The notes: generated by a model from the letters alone, not told the origin. A stretch of DNA of 25,023 nucleotides from Fibrobacteria bacterium (GCA_043732185.1 JAYTHY010000101.1:1-25023); one strand, 5' to 3'; positions 7,571 to 15,227 are shown, counted from the first letter of the stretch. Numbers and translations are program-made.

Positions 7571-8635
7571 ATGGCGGTTTATCTTCGGAAGCGGAAACTG
7601 AAATCGGGTGCCTACCGGGTCTATCTAGACCTGTACCACAATGGCAATCGCTGGACCGAGTTTCCCGAAAACCTGATTTATAAAAAGGACACCAAAAAGG
7701 AGATTCTCGCCCTAGCGGAAAAACTAGTGGCAAGGCGTCAACTTGAGTTGGCTCATAATGACACAGGCTTTACCCCCATTCACAAGCGAAAGTCAAACTT
7801 TGTTGATTTCTTTCCGGAAGTAATCGCCAAACGAGGGCTTCAGTCTCAGGGAGCTTGGAAGGCCGTTTACAAATACTTGAAAGCCTTTACTGGTGGGCGG
7901 ATAGCTTTCTCAGCGATTGATCAGACCTGGATGGAAATGTTTCAATCCTTTTTGCTCGAACGGGTAGGCCAAAATTCGGCCAACCTTTATTTGGGGCTTA
8001 CCAAGTCGGCTTTGAAAGAAGCGGTCAATAAAAAAATCATCGGTAAAAACCCCATTGAATCTTTTTCCTTTGCCAAGCAAACTGAAGTCTCAAAGGTTTA
8101 TTTGGTTTCTGAGGAAATCGAAAAACTGGTTCAGGCCGATTGCCCTGATTCAGAATTGAAGCGGGCTTTTCTGTTTTCCTGCTTTACCGGACTTAGGCTA
8201 TCCGATATTGAATCCTTAACCTGGGAAATGGTGCAGGTTGATAAAGGGGAAACCAAGATTCACTTTCGCCAAAAGAAAACCAAGGGATTTGAGTATATCC
8301 CGCTTAATGATTCTGCAATTCGTTTCCTTAATGGTGCCGGGTCTAGAAAAACAATCGCCTTTCAGAAGGGGCTTATTTTCAGTCTTACTAATCGGTCCGC
8401 TAATCGAAAGAGATTGCAAAATTGGGTCAAGCTTGCCGGGATTAACAAGCCGATTACATTTCATTCTGGACGACATACCTATGCTACCCTAAGCCTATCA
8501 AGTGGGGTGCCTATTGCATTGGTTCAACGACTACTAGGCCATAGGGATATAAAGAGCACTTCCGTATATGCCAAGGTTACGGACCAAGCAATGAATGAAG
8601 CGATAAAGAAAATCCCTAATTTGAAGGCGGGGTGA
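7571..8635 (+). CDS. Site-specific tyrosine integrase (Bacteroidota transposon/IME type, arm-binding + SAM-like + catalytic domains)
   Basis: N-terminal LRKRKLKSGAYRVYLDLY. Catalytic set intact: TGLRLSD (R), QKKT (K), FHSGRHT (HxxR), LLGH (H), VYAK (Y). AGGAG RBS at 7560-7564. Confidence 0.95.
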   Translation: MAVYLRKRKLKSGAYRVYLDLYHNGNRWTEFPENLIYKKDTKKEILALAEKLVARRQLELAHNDTGFTPIHKRKSNFVDFFPEVIAKRGLQSQGAWKAVYKYLKAFTGGRIAFSAIDQTWMEMFQSFLLERVGQNSANLYLGLTKSALKEAVNKKIIGKNPIESFSFAKQTEVSKVYLVSEEIEKLVQADCPDSELKRAFLFSCFTGLRLSDIESLTWEMVQVDKGETKIHFRQKKTKGFEYIPLNDSAIRFLNGAGSRKTIAFQKGLIFSLTNRSANRKRLQNWVKLAGINKPITFHSGRHTYATLSLSSGVPIALVQRLLGHRDIKSTSVYAKVTDQAMNEAIKKIPNLKAG

Positions 8636-8638
8636 AAC

Positions 8639-9412
8639 GTGAAAAAGAAAAAAAATGAATTGGCTAATGTTTCGGAACCATTAAATTCAGGTTTTAGGCT
8701 AAAACCAGATGATGAAAAGGGCAGAAGGTACGATTGGGCAAAGCAAGAAAATGAAAAATCAATTTTTGAACACTCTGTAGATTTTGTTGAATTTTTTGTT
8801 GCCTACCGAAGGAAAATAGAAGAACTGCTTATTTCAAAAATCATAAGCTTTCAATTAGAGAAAGGTTGGATTCCGATAGATTCAACTGGAGAGCTAGACA
8901 TCCCATTGGACGAGGATTATTACAATATTTTGAAGGATAGTTGGGAAGTTGCACTAAAAGATTTCACTATGTACGTAAATAAAAAAAATATTTTCTCAAG
9001 CTATAACCTTATTGAAGCAAACGAATATCTTTCTGCATTGAAACTGTTCCATGACCAGCTCATTTTTTGTGGTGAGCAGATTAACAAATTAAAGTCAGGA
9101 GGAAATCCTGACCCTACTTCCGCTCCATTTCTAGATGAAAAATTGACACCAACGGAAAAAATTCTTTGGAAGGGGCCCATGAATCAACTCGCCGTTCTTT
9201 TTAAATGGCTTGAAGAACAATCCTTAATTTCGAAGTCTTGGAAAAAATCTGTAGATGCTCTTTTTTTGGATGAATACGGCAATCCAATTGGAAAAAACCT
9301 TTCAAATCTTGCCAGTCCAAGGGCTATTGAAAAATCGATTCCTTTGCAAAAATTTAAGTCAAGCCTTGAGGGCGAACTTACCCAAAAGCTAAGGAGTAAT
9401 ATTCAGGGTTGA
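8639..9412 (+). CDS. Hypothetical protein with an RteC-like C-terminal domain (possible excision/transcription regulator)
   Basis: KILWKGPMNQLAVLFKWLEEQSLI resembles the KLxWTGxxxxLxELIYAL motif of RteC-like proteins. It lies between int and xis. Confidence 0.55.
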   Translation: MKKKKNELANVSEPLNSGFRLKPDDEKGRRYDWAKQENEKSIFEHSVDFVEFFVAYRRKIEELLISKIISFQLEKGWIPIDSTGELDIPLDEDYYNILKDSWEVALKDFTMYVNKKNIFSSYNLIEANEYLSALKLFHDQLIFCGEQINKLKSGGNPDPTSAPFLDEKLTPTEKILWKGPMNQLAVLFKWLEEQSLISKSWKKSVDALFLDEYGNPIGKNLSNLASPRAIEKSIPLQKFKSSLEGELTQKLRSNIQG

Positions 9413-9454
9413 TCCATCCTAATACACGGTGGATCAAGGTGGACTATAAGTGGT
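9409..9454. promoter_or_regulatory. Inverted and phased direct repeats upstream of the excisionase-like gene
   Basis: TTGATCCATC (9409-9418) and GGTGGATCAA (9428-9437) form a 9/10 inverted repeat. GGTGGA occurs at 9428 and 9438, and AGTGGT at 9449. Confidence 0.5.
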
Positions 9455-9502
9455 TTCCCTTGATTGGCATTTTCTTGTTCACCTTCAACCAAGGATTGAA
9501 CA

Positions 9503-9814
9503 ATGGATATGTCACAGTCAACAAATCTCCAAACAAGTATAGAGGGGCTTCGGGTCCTTCTCGAAAATAAACCCCTCACATTCCTCGAAGCTTGCCGATA
9601 CCTTAACCTATCGGGCTCTTACCTCTACAAGCTGACACACCGGAAAGCCATTCCGTATTACAAGCCTACCGGCAAGCGGGTATTCTTTGACCGCTCCCAA
9701 TTAGATGCCTTTCTAAGACAAGGGCCGGTCTTGACTATGGCAGACCGACTAGAAGCTATTGAAGCCGACAAAAGGGCTAGGAAGCCTTCCCAGGCCCGAA
9801 AGGTGGTGGGGTAA
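9503..9814 (+). CDS. Excisionase-like helix-turn-helix protein (HTH_17 / Xis family)
   Basis: LTFLEACRYLNLSGSYLYKLTHRKAIPYYKPTGKRVFFDRSQLDAFL is a typical Bacteroidota-type xis motif. Confidence 0.9.
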   Translation: MDMSQSTNLQTSIEGLRVLLENKPLTFLEACRYLNLSGSYLYKLTHRKAIPYYKPTGKRVFFDRSQLDAFLRQGPVLTMADRLEAIEADKRARKPSQARKVVG

Positions 9815-10260
9815 TGTTCGTTGACTCATATTACCTATATCAAAAGCAAGAAGGCATGAAATCCGGTTATTACTTGGTTGAGTTTACCGAGTATTACGAG
9901 CCACTTCACCGGCATTTATTTTTGGCCGGTAACATGGCCGGGAAAATTGGGCTTTATAAATGTTCCCCTCCCGTAAATGCCCATTCTTTACGTCAACCTA
10001 GCTTCACCTTATCAGGGGTTAAGTCTGCAAGAATCTCCGGCATTTTCTTTCCCTCAATTCATCACCCCAATAAAGGCTTCGGAGATGTCCAAGGTACAGC
10101 CGATGTCCTATTGGTTAAGGAAACCCCTGATACTTTAATGATTTTCGTTTTGAAGGGCCGAAAGTCAGTTTCCAGAGACTTGGTTCAACTATGGATCGAT
10201 GGTGAGTTGAGCGATGAAATGAAGGCTTTAATCCTTCAGGCAATACGGCTAATGGTTTGA
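9814..10260 (+). CDS. Hypothetical protein of the integrated element
   Basis: 148-aa ORF coupled to xis by a TAATG overlap. No motif that I can assign. Confidence 0.75.
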   Translation: MFVDSYYLYQKQEGMKSGYYLVEFTEYYEPLHRHLFLAGNMAGKIGLYKCSPPVNAHSLRQPSFTLSGVKSARISGIFFPSIHHPNKGFGDVQGTADVLLVKETPDTLMIFVLKGRKSVSRDLVQLWIDGELSDEMKALILQAIRLMV

Positions 10261-10321
10261 ACCAATAGGAGAAGAGGGGTGGGATAGCTCCCATCCTCTC
10301 CAGCTTCCTGCATGGCTCACT

Positions 10322-11227
10322 ATGTACGATTCAGTCAACTTTTCAATTCACCGTCCCCAATTATGGGCAATGCCGTCAACTATGACAAAAGTTCGGGAGT
10401 TTACAGACAAAGAAACAGGAGAAGTTTACTCTTCAGGATTTCTAGGCTCAATGACAGTAACCAAACGGGCAAGCGAAATTTTCATTTCTGGCTCATTGCC
10501 TAAATATTTAAATGGGAGCAATGCCTTCACATTAACCAGAGCCGGAACAAAGGAAGTGATATATAAAATGTCCGATGCCCTTTCCTTGCCATTGGGAGAT
10601 TCAAGGGTTTACCGCTTGGACGTAGGTGCAAATATTATGGTCGATTATCCAGTAGGCGATTACCTTTCGACCCTTGGCTCTTGGAAGCAATCTTACCGAA
10701 AAGAATTTTCAAACGGAAACCTCTCATATCAAGGGGGACGGGCATCCCTAAATTTTTATGACAAGGTTTTAGACTTCAATCGGCTTGGCTATCCCATCCC
10801 TGACCATTGGATAAATCAAAACGTTCTTCGGGTTGAATTGCAAATGAAGAAAGCGGTCAAAGACCAAATGGGATTGGCTGTACATGGTAGGCACTTATGG
10901 GAAGAAGCCGTGTATATGAAGGCAATCCAGAAATTTAAAAATGCATATCTCACGGTCGAAAAATTAAAGTTAATGGAGGAAATGCCAATGGTAAACGGTA
11001 AGGAATTTAGAGCCTACATAGAATACCTGGGGATTCAAGCCTTGGGATATGAAAATGCACTTTGGAAAATTAATATGGCTCGAAGCTTAGGCCAAATCAC
11101 CAAAGACCAAGCCAAGGATAGGAAGAAGGTCTTGAAGAAAATGGCCACGATCCCAAATGGTGAAGCCAAGGGCCTAATCCAAGAACTAGACCGGAAGATT
11201 GAAGCCGTGACCGCTTGCTATCGCTAA
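10322..11227 (+). CDS. Rolling-circle replication initiator (phage/plasmid replication protein, gpII/X - Rep_trans superfamily)
   Basis: N-terminal MYD, GSLPKYLNGSN, RVYRLDVGANI, LSY, LNFYDK and LRVELQ motifs are characteristic of this initiator fold. Confidence 0.8.
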   Translation: MYDSVNFSIHRPQLWAMPSTMTKVREFTDKETGEVYSSGFLGSMTVTKRASEIFISGSLPKYLNGSNAFTLTRAGTKEVIYKMSDALSLPLGDSRVYRLDVGANIMVDYPVGDYLSTLGSWKQSYRKEFSNGNLSYQGGRASLNFYDKVLDFNRLGYPIPDHWINQNVLRVELQMKKAVKDQMGLAVHGRHLWEEAVYMKAIQKFKNAYLTVEKLKLMEEMPMVNGKEFRAYIEYLGIQALGYENALWKINMARSLGQITKDQAKDRKKVLKKMATIPNGEAKGLIQELDRKIEAVTACYR

Positions 11228-11250
11228 AGGGGGTAGAATCCACCCCCCTT
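11226..11250 (+). other. GC-rich stem-loop directly after rep (terminator or origin element)
   Basis: AAGGGGGTAGAATCCACCCCCCTT: G-run/C-run dyad with no long U-tract. Confidence 0.45.
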
Positions 11251-11498
11251 GGCTGGCCCGTCATTAACCCAATTTGGCGATATGCGGACCCCCATAAAAA
11301 AGGGAGCCGTTTATATCAATAGGAGCAAAGGGGTACTTATCCCCCCCCCCTCCCTTTATCTCCCTGTCTTTACTCGATACCCAAGGGCAAGGAATCCAGA
11401 CCTAAACCGGGTGCCAGAATTTGCAGAGTCCCTAAAGGGCCAACCAGACCAATGGAACTTGTTGGATTTGGTGACCAGCCAGCCCAGTAAACCGGGCA

Positions 11499-11550
11499 CC
11501 TAGGTGATAACATTCGCTAAGTATTTCGGTAAATACTGAGAGTCACTAGG
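11499..11550. other. Long imperfect hairpin between the convergent rep and cargo genes (terminator or single-strand origin candidate)
   Basis: CCTAGGTGA...AGTATTT-CGGT-AAATACT...TCACTAGG nested inverted repeats. Confidence 0.45.
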
Positions 11551-11553
11551 AGA

Positions 11554-12276
11554 TTATTTGTAAACTACCTGGAACCGTCTGACCTGCTGTCCTTGAATAA
11601 GGAGGTGCAATCCTTGCTTGAGTCTAACCTGTGGGAACTCACCTTCAAGAACCATACCGGTCCATTCTGGCTGGCCTCTTGCATTGAATACCGTGGTAGA
11701 CACTAATGGTTTCAAAAATCTGCCGGATGTTTTAGCCAGGGTTGGCGGGCAATACTTGATTGTGTCTCTCTTAATTACCGTATCTCGAAGGGTTATTTTA
11801 ACGGTGTCGTGAATGGCAACCTTAACTGTGTCATGAATCCGAAGGGTATCAATTAATAGGATAGTATCTTGAATTATTTTCGGGTGAAAATTAAACGATT
11901 GAGAACGGACATTATTTACCTTATCACCCCCACCTTCTCCAGAGATTTGAAGCGGATCGGCATTCGTATGGATTGAAAATGGTCCTTTTATAATTTGGAC
12001 GGTGTCCTTAAATTCAAAGAAATTATTTGGATTTAGTGAATTTCCAGCATAAATTTGATGGGCGTCAATAGTGAAGCTATCTACTCCAATGGAAACTGCC
12101 GTCCAGTTAAAGGATTGTATCGGAGTAGCCACATTACCTCGATTTTGCAGATATGTGGTAACCTGAATCGTATCAAAATAAGCCGATTTACTATTCAAAA
12201 GGTCAACCGTGAATGGTGCAACTAAATCAGGAGTTGCAAAAACAGAGACTGCAAGTAGAAAAATTATTCTGTACAT
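11554..12276 (-). CDS. Secreted cargo protein: signal peptide, CARDB/Ig-like domain, DT-repeat stalk, T9SS-like C-terminal tail
   Basis: MYRIIFLLAVSVFA signal. PDLVA...VTTYLQNRGNVAT...HTNADP...E...NN is CARDB-like. Six DT[ILV] repeats. Tail VFNARGQ...LKQGLHLL...VRRFQVVYK. AAGGA RBS. Confidence 0.7.
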   Translation of the reverse strand: MYRIIFLLAVSVFATPDLVAPFTVDLLNSKSAYFDTIQVTTYLQNRGNVATPIQSFNWTAVSIGVDSFTIDAHQIYAGNSLNPNNFFEFKDTVQIIKGPFSIHTNADPLQISGEGGGDKVNNVRSQSFNFHPKIIQDTILLIDTLRIHDTVKVAIHDTVKITLRDTVIKRDTIKYCPPTLAKTSGRFLKPLVSTTVFNARGQPEWTGMVLEGEFPQVRLKQGLHLLIQGQQVRRFQVVYK

Positions 12277-12338
12277 TTGTGTTTCCTTACTACAAGTGGG
12301 GGCCGATTTAATAAAGCTCTGTAAAATTCAATTTCAAA

Positions 12339-12866
12339 TTATGGGGAATGATAAAGGGAATGGCGACCCAAGAGATCAAAAACGGGCTTTTTGGTCAAAG
12401 ATTGTGTCCTCTTTTTTCTGGCGGTGGCAATACCAGTAGTAGTGCAGTTTCCAAATTTCAAAAATCCGATTAATTCATTTGGATCAATAACAGGCACAGA
12501 CCCCGTAAAACCTATGGGCATTGAAACGTACCTATTCAGGCTCACAACTGCCAATAGGTACGTTTTCCGGCTGGCATCAACTTCGATTATGAGCGGTGGA
12601 TTTGTGGCGTATTTATTCATTGGACTAAAATCACTGTAAGCGCTACCGTAATCCCCATAGGAATTAAAAATACTTGTAGAGCTGTATTTTGAGCCGTAGT
12701 TACCATAGCTATTCATTATTGATGCTGTGTCATATTTATCGAAGGATACATCACCTAAAAATGTTGAGGCCCTGTCTTGGGCGTAGAGGTAACTTCCAAC
12801 GAGGGGGCAGTACTGTGCGTTAACAGAAGCGGCCAATGTTGCTAAAAGCAGAATTATCTTAATCAT
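12339..12866 (-). CDS. Secreted cargo protein with a YGxYGS-repeat domain and a basic FDLLGR C-terminal tail
   Basis: The ORF track starts at 12941. In-frame ATG 12866 (AGGA upstream) gives the signal peptide MIKIILLLATLAASVNA-Q. Core SIMNSYGNYGSKYSSTSIFNSYGDYGSAYSDFSPMNKYATNPP. Tail TGIATARKKR...FDLLGR. Confidence 0.72.
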   Translation of the reverse strand: MIKIILLLATLAASVNAQYCPLVGSYLYAQDRASTFLGDVSFDKYDTASIMNSYGNYGSKYSSTSIFNSYGDYGSAYSDFSPMNKYATNPPLIIEVDASRKTYLLAVVSLNRYVSMPIGFTGSVPVIDPNELIGFLKFGNCTTTGIATARKKRTQSLTKKPVFDLLGRHSLYHSP

Positions 12867-13157
12867 TCTTGGTTCCTGCTTCGTTCTTGTAGGTCCGGCC
12901 ATTAAAAATGATGGAGTAAAGCATAAGTCAATTACAGCCATTCGAGAGGAAAAAAAGCAAGGATTAAAGGCAATAAAACCGTTTATTGGGAATTCTGACC
13001 GGCCACATTCCAGGCCCGGCCAGAAAGAAGCTGGGAGGGTGGATAGAATTGCCCGGCCTGCACAATTCCACCAGCAATCCAGTACCTGAGATGGTATCTT
13101 TTAGGAAGGTAGGACATTGGGATTTATTGAGGATTACGGTAAATATTGGAGGGTACT

Positions 13158-13703
13158 ATGGGTGGATGGGGGAGCTCAAGATGGGGAAGTCACTCAAAGA
13201 AGAATACCGTTGAAGATGCTCTGACCCTGAAAATCAATAGGCTTAAAAGGGACGGCCTTTTAGCACCCAATAGTTACAACCTGTCTTGGAGCCGGTGGAC
13301 GGGTGAGAAAACGGCATCAATATCGTATACCATAGCCAATGACTTTCAAGGTAGCTCCATGGGGCATCTAAAAATGACCATGAACTATCTACACGGTGCA
13401 GAAAAAATGCCGGTCACCTTTGATATTAGGGTTGAAGCCACCAGGCCAAATTGGGGTGGAGTCCGGTATTTTTTTAATTGCCCTTTGATCGTTAACGGAA
13501 TCCCCTGTAATCGAAGGGTTACCAAGCTTCATTCGGCTGGAGGTTGTAAATACTTCGGGTGCCGTCATTGCCTTAATCTGACCTATAATTCGTCCCAGAC
13601 ACACACTAAGAAATTCGACTTCTTGAACCGACTGCAAAAGTACAACCCCCTTGGCTATGACCTGGCCTTAGAAAGTCTGCTAAAAGGGGTAGGCAAAAAA
13701 TAA
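13158..13703 (+). CDS. Conserved hypothetical Cys-rich (putative zinc-binding) protein of integrative elements
   Basis: GGAGG RBS before ATG 13158 (ORF track starts at 13146). MGGWGSSRW...TVED N-terminus. GGVRYFFNCP...CNRRVTKL...FGCRHCLNLTY provides two Cys pairs. Confidence 0.75.
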   Translation: MGGWGSSRWGSHSKKNTVEDALTLKINRLKRDGLLAPNSYNLSWSRWTGEKTASISYTIANDFQGSSMGHLKMTMNYLHGAEKMPVTFDIRVEATRPNWGGVRYFFNCPLIVNGIPCNRRVTKLHSAGGCKYFGCRHCLNLTYNSSQTHTKKFDFLNRLQKYNPLGYDLALESLLKGVGKK

Positions 13704-13728
13704 AGGCGATCCAGAAATGGACCGCTTT

Positions 13729-13747
13729 TTGTTACTCATTTGTTACT
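13729..13747 (+). promoter_or_regulatory. Tandem integrase arm-type sites, right end
   Basis: TTGTTACT at 13729-13736 and 13740-13747, with the same orientation and spacing as 7520-7538. Confidence 0.75.
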
Positions 13748-13829
13748 TATAGCGGTTTATGCCAAAAATATTTAATCTGTAAGTCATTATATTTCATCAC
13801 TTTATAAATAAAAATGGCCAATGATAACG

Positions 13830-13846
13830 TTTTATAAGATATAAAA
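13830..13846 (+). repeat. attR core (17-bp direct repeat)
   Basis: TTTTATAAGATATAAAA, identical to 7392-7408 and 3 bp from the ATPase stop codon. Confidence 0.88.
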
Positions 13847-13849
13847 GGA

Positions 13850-15178
13850 TTACAATATCTGCGGCAACCGCGCAGCCAAATAGAGGGGAACATGATACGC
13901 CCCTTTTGCACGGTCCAAGGAAAAGTTTTTAGCGCATAAGGTAACCCGCTGTTTCGGCCGATATTTTTCCACAAATACTTTTAAACTTTTGGCTTGGGTA
14001 ATCCAACCGGATTTGACTTCAATGGGTAGAATTTCTCCCTGCATCTCCCACAGAAATTCCACCTCGGCGGTATTTTCCCGCCATGCAACGCCATTGCCCT
14101 TGCCCGTCGTCGTCATTTCCTGAAGAGCAAAGTTTTCAGCGATATATCCTTTAAAGGACCCGAATGTAAAATCCAAAAGAACCTTGGGTGATAAACCGCC
14201 CATGGCCCCGAACAAACCGACATCGAACATGTACAGCTTGAATACGCTGTCTTCCGCATAGGCCGATAAGGGAAGCCATGCCTTGTTGACGATTGGAAAT
14301 TTGAAAATCAAACCCGCTGTCCTTAGCCAGTCTACTGCTCCAGCCAGACGCGCATATCCATTTACGCCCGGCACAACGCCTTGAAAACCGAACTTGGGCG
14401 CGCTGCCATCCACGGGCTTGGCCAATTGTGTAGGTACGCTTCGCCAAACACGTTCGATATGCATTGAGTTGACTTTGCCTGAATGCTTGGCCACATCCGC
14501 CAAGTAGGCAGTAATCAAGTCCTGCTGTTTTTTGCGTGCTGCCTCCATGGCATGAAAGAGATCCGTTTGCATGGAGGCATAGGTGGAGACCACTTCGGGC
14601 AGTCCTCCCACCACGAAATAGATTTTCAGCATTTCCCAAAGATGCTCGTGAACAAGTTGCGGTAAGGGCTTCTCAAAGTCATAGCTTTCCAAAAATCGCA
14701 CCGATTTGTCGTCTCCAATCCCCGCCAGAAATTCTTCAAAAGTAAGCGGATGAAGGTCCAGAAAGTTCACCTTGCCCACGGGAAAAGAACTTTCCGCCAA
14801 ATGCAATCCAAGTAACGAGCCTGCTGCGCAAAGTGAAAGAGCGGGTAGTTCTTCAGCAAAATATTTAAGCGAAGTTAGCGCCTGCGGGGCGGATTGGATC
14901 TCGTCGAAAACCAAAAGATCCTCGTTAACATTTATGGCAGTGTTGAGGTGAAAACTTATTTCTTGTAACAGGCGCTTTGGCTTAAGGTCCTTTTCGAAAA
15001 TACTTGCAAGCCTAGGTTCTTCCTCAAAATTGAGATAATGGAAGCGGGGATAAGCGGCCTTGCCAAAAGCCTTGAGCGTATATGTCTTACCCACCTGCCG
15101 AGCGCCGGTCAGAATGAGTGGCTTACGGTTATTTTTCGTCTTCCACGCCAAAAGGTCGACTAGGATCCTGCGTTTCAC
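13850..15178 (-). CDS. AAA+ ATPase, AAA_14 / DUF4143 family
   Basis: Walker A GARQVGKT, Walker B LVFDEIQ, AAGS, GGLPEVV, KLYMFDVGL, AENFALQE and C-terminal EVEF...PIEVKSG (PD-(D/E)xK-like). Confidence 0.93.
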   Translation of the reverse strand: MKRRILVDLLAWKTKNNRKPLILTGARQVGKTYTLKAFGKAAYPRFHYLNFEEEPRLASIFEKDLKPKRLLQEISFHLNTAINVNEDLLVFDEIQSAPQALTSLKYFAEELPALSLCAAGSLLGLHLAESSFPVGKVNFLDLHPLTFEEFLAGIGDDKSVRFLESYDFEKPLPQLVHEHLWEMLKIYFVVGGLPEVVSTYASMQTDLFHAMEAARKKQQDLITAYLADVAKHSGKVNSMHIERVWRSVPTQLAKPVDGSAPKFGFQGVVPGVNGYARLAGAVDWLRTAGLIFKFPIVNKAWLPLSAYAEDSVFKLYMFDVGLFGAMGGLSPKVLLDFTFGSFKGYIAENFALQEMTTTGKGNGVAWRENTAEVEFLWEMQGEILPIEVKSGWITQAKSLKVFVEKYRPKQRVTLCAKNFSLDRAKGAYHVPLYLAARLPQIL

Positions 15179-15198
15179 GAAGCGCCTCTTTTAGGCAA

Positions 15199-15227
15199 AT
15201 AATAGCATTTATCCTAATTTATGTCAA
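15199..15227 (-). promoter_or_regulatory. Near-consensus sigma70 promoter for the ATPase gene
   Basis: Minus strand TTGACA (15227-15222), 17-bp spacer ending TGC, TATTAT (15204-15199). GAGG RBS precedes GTG 15178. Confidence 0.7.

Larger units (their letters stand above)
7392..13846 (+). mobile_element. Integrated tyrosine-recombinase element with a rolling-circle initiator (IME-, integrated-plasmid- or satellite-like), 6455 bp including both att repeats
   Basis: Identical 17-bp repeats at 7392-7408 and 13830-13846. TTGTTACT-N3-TTGTTACT inside both ends. Gene order int, RteC-like, xis, ORF, rep. Removing the element leaves the ATPase stop codon 20 bp from the suhB start codon. Confidence 0.9.

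Noticed and set aside
11249..11503. 84-aa ORF after rep
   Set aside because: TTG start without an RBS, running through a C homopolymer and hairpins. More likely non-coding origin or terminator DNA.
7392..13846. Element as a filamentous prophage (inovirus)
   Set aside because: It has a gpII/X-like rep but no Zot/pI ATPase and no run of small single-TM coat genes inside the att sites. The adjacent ATPase is AAA_14/DUF4143 and lies outside attR.
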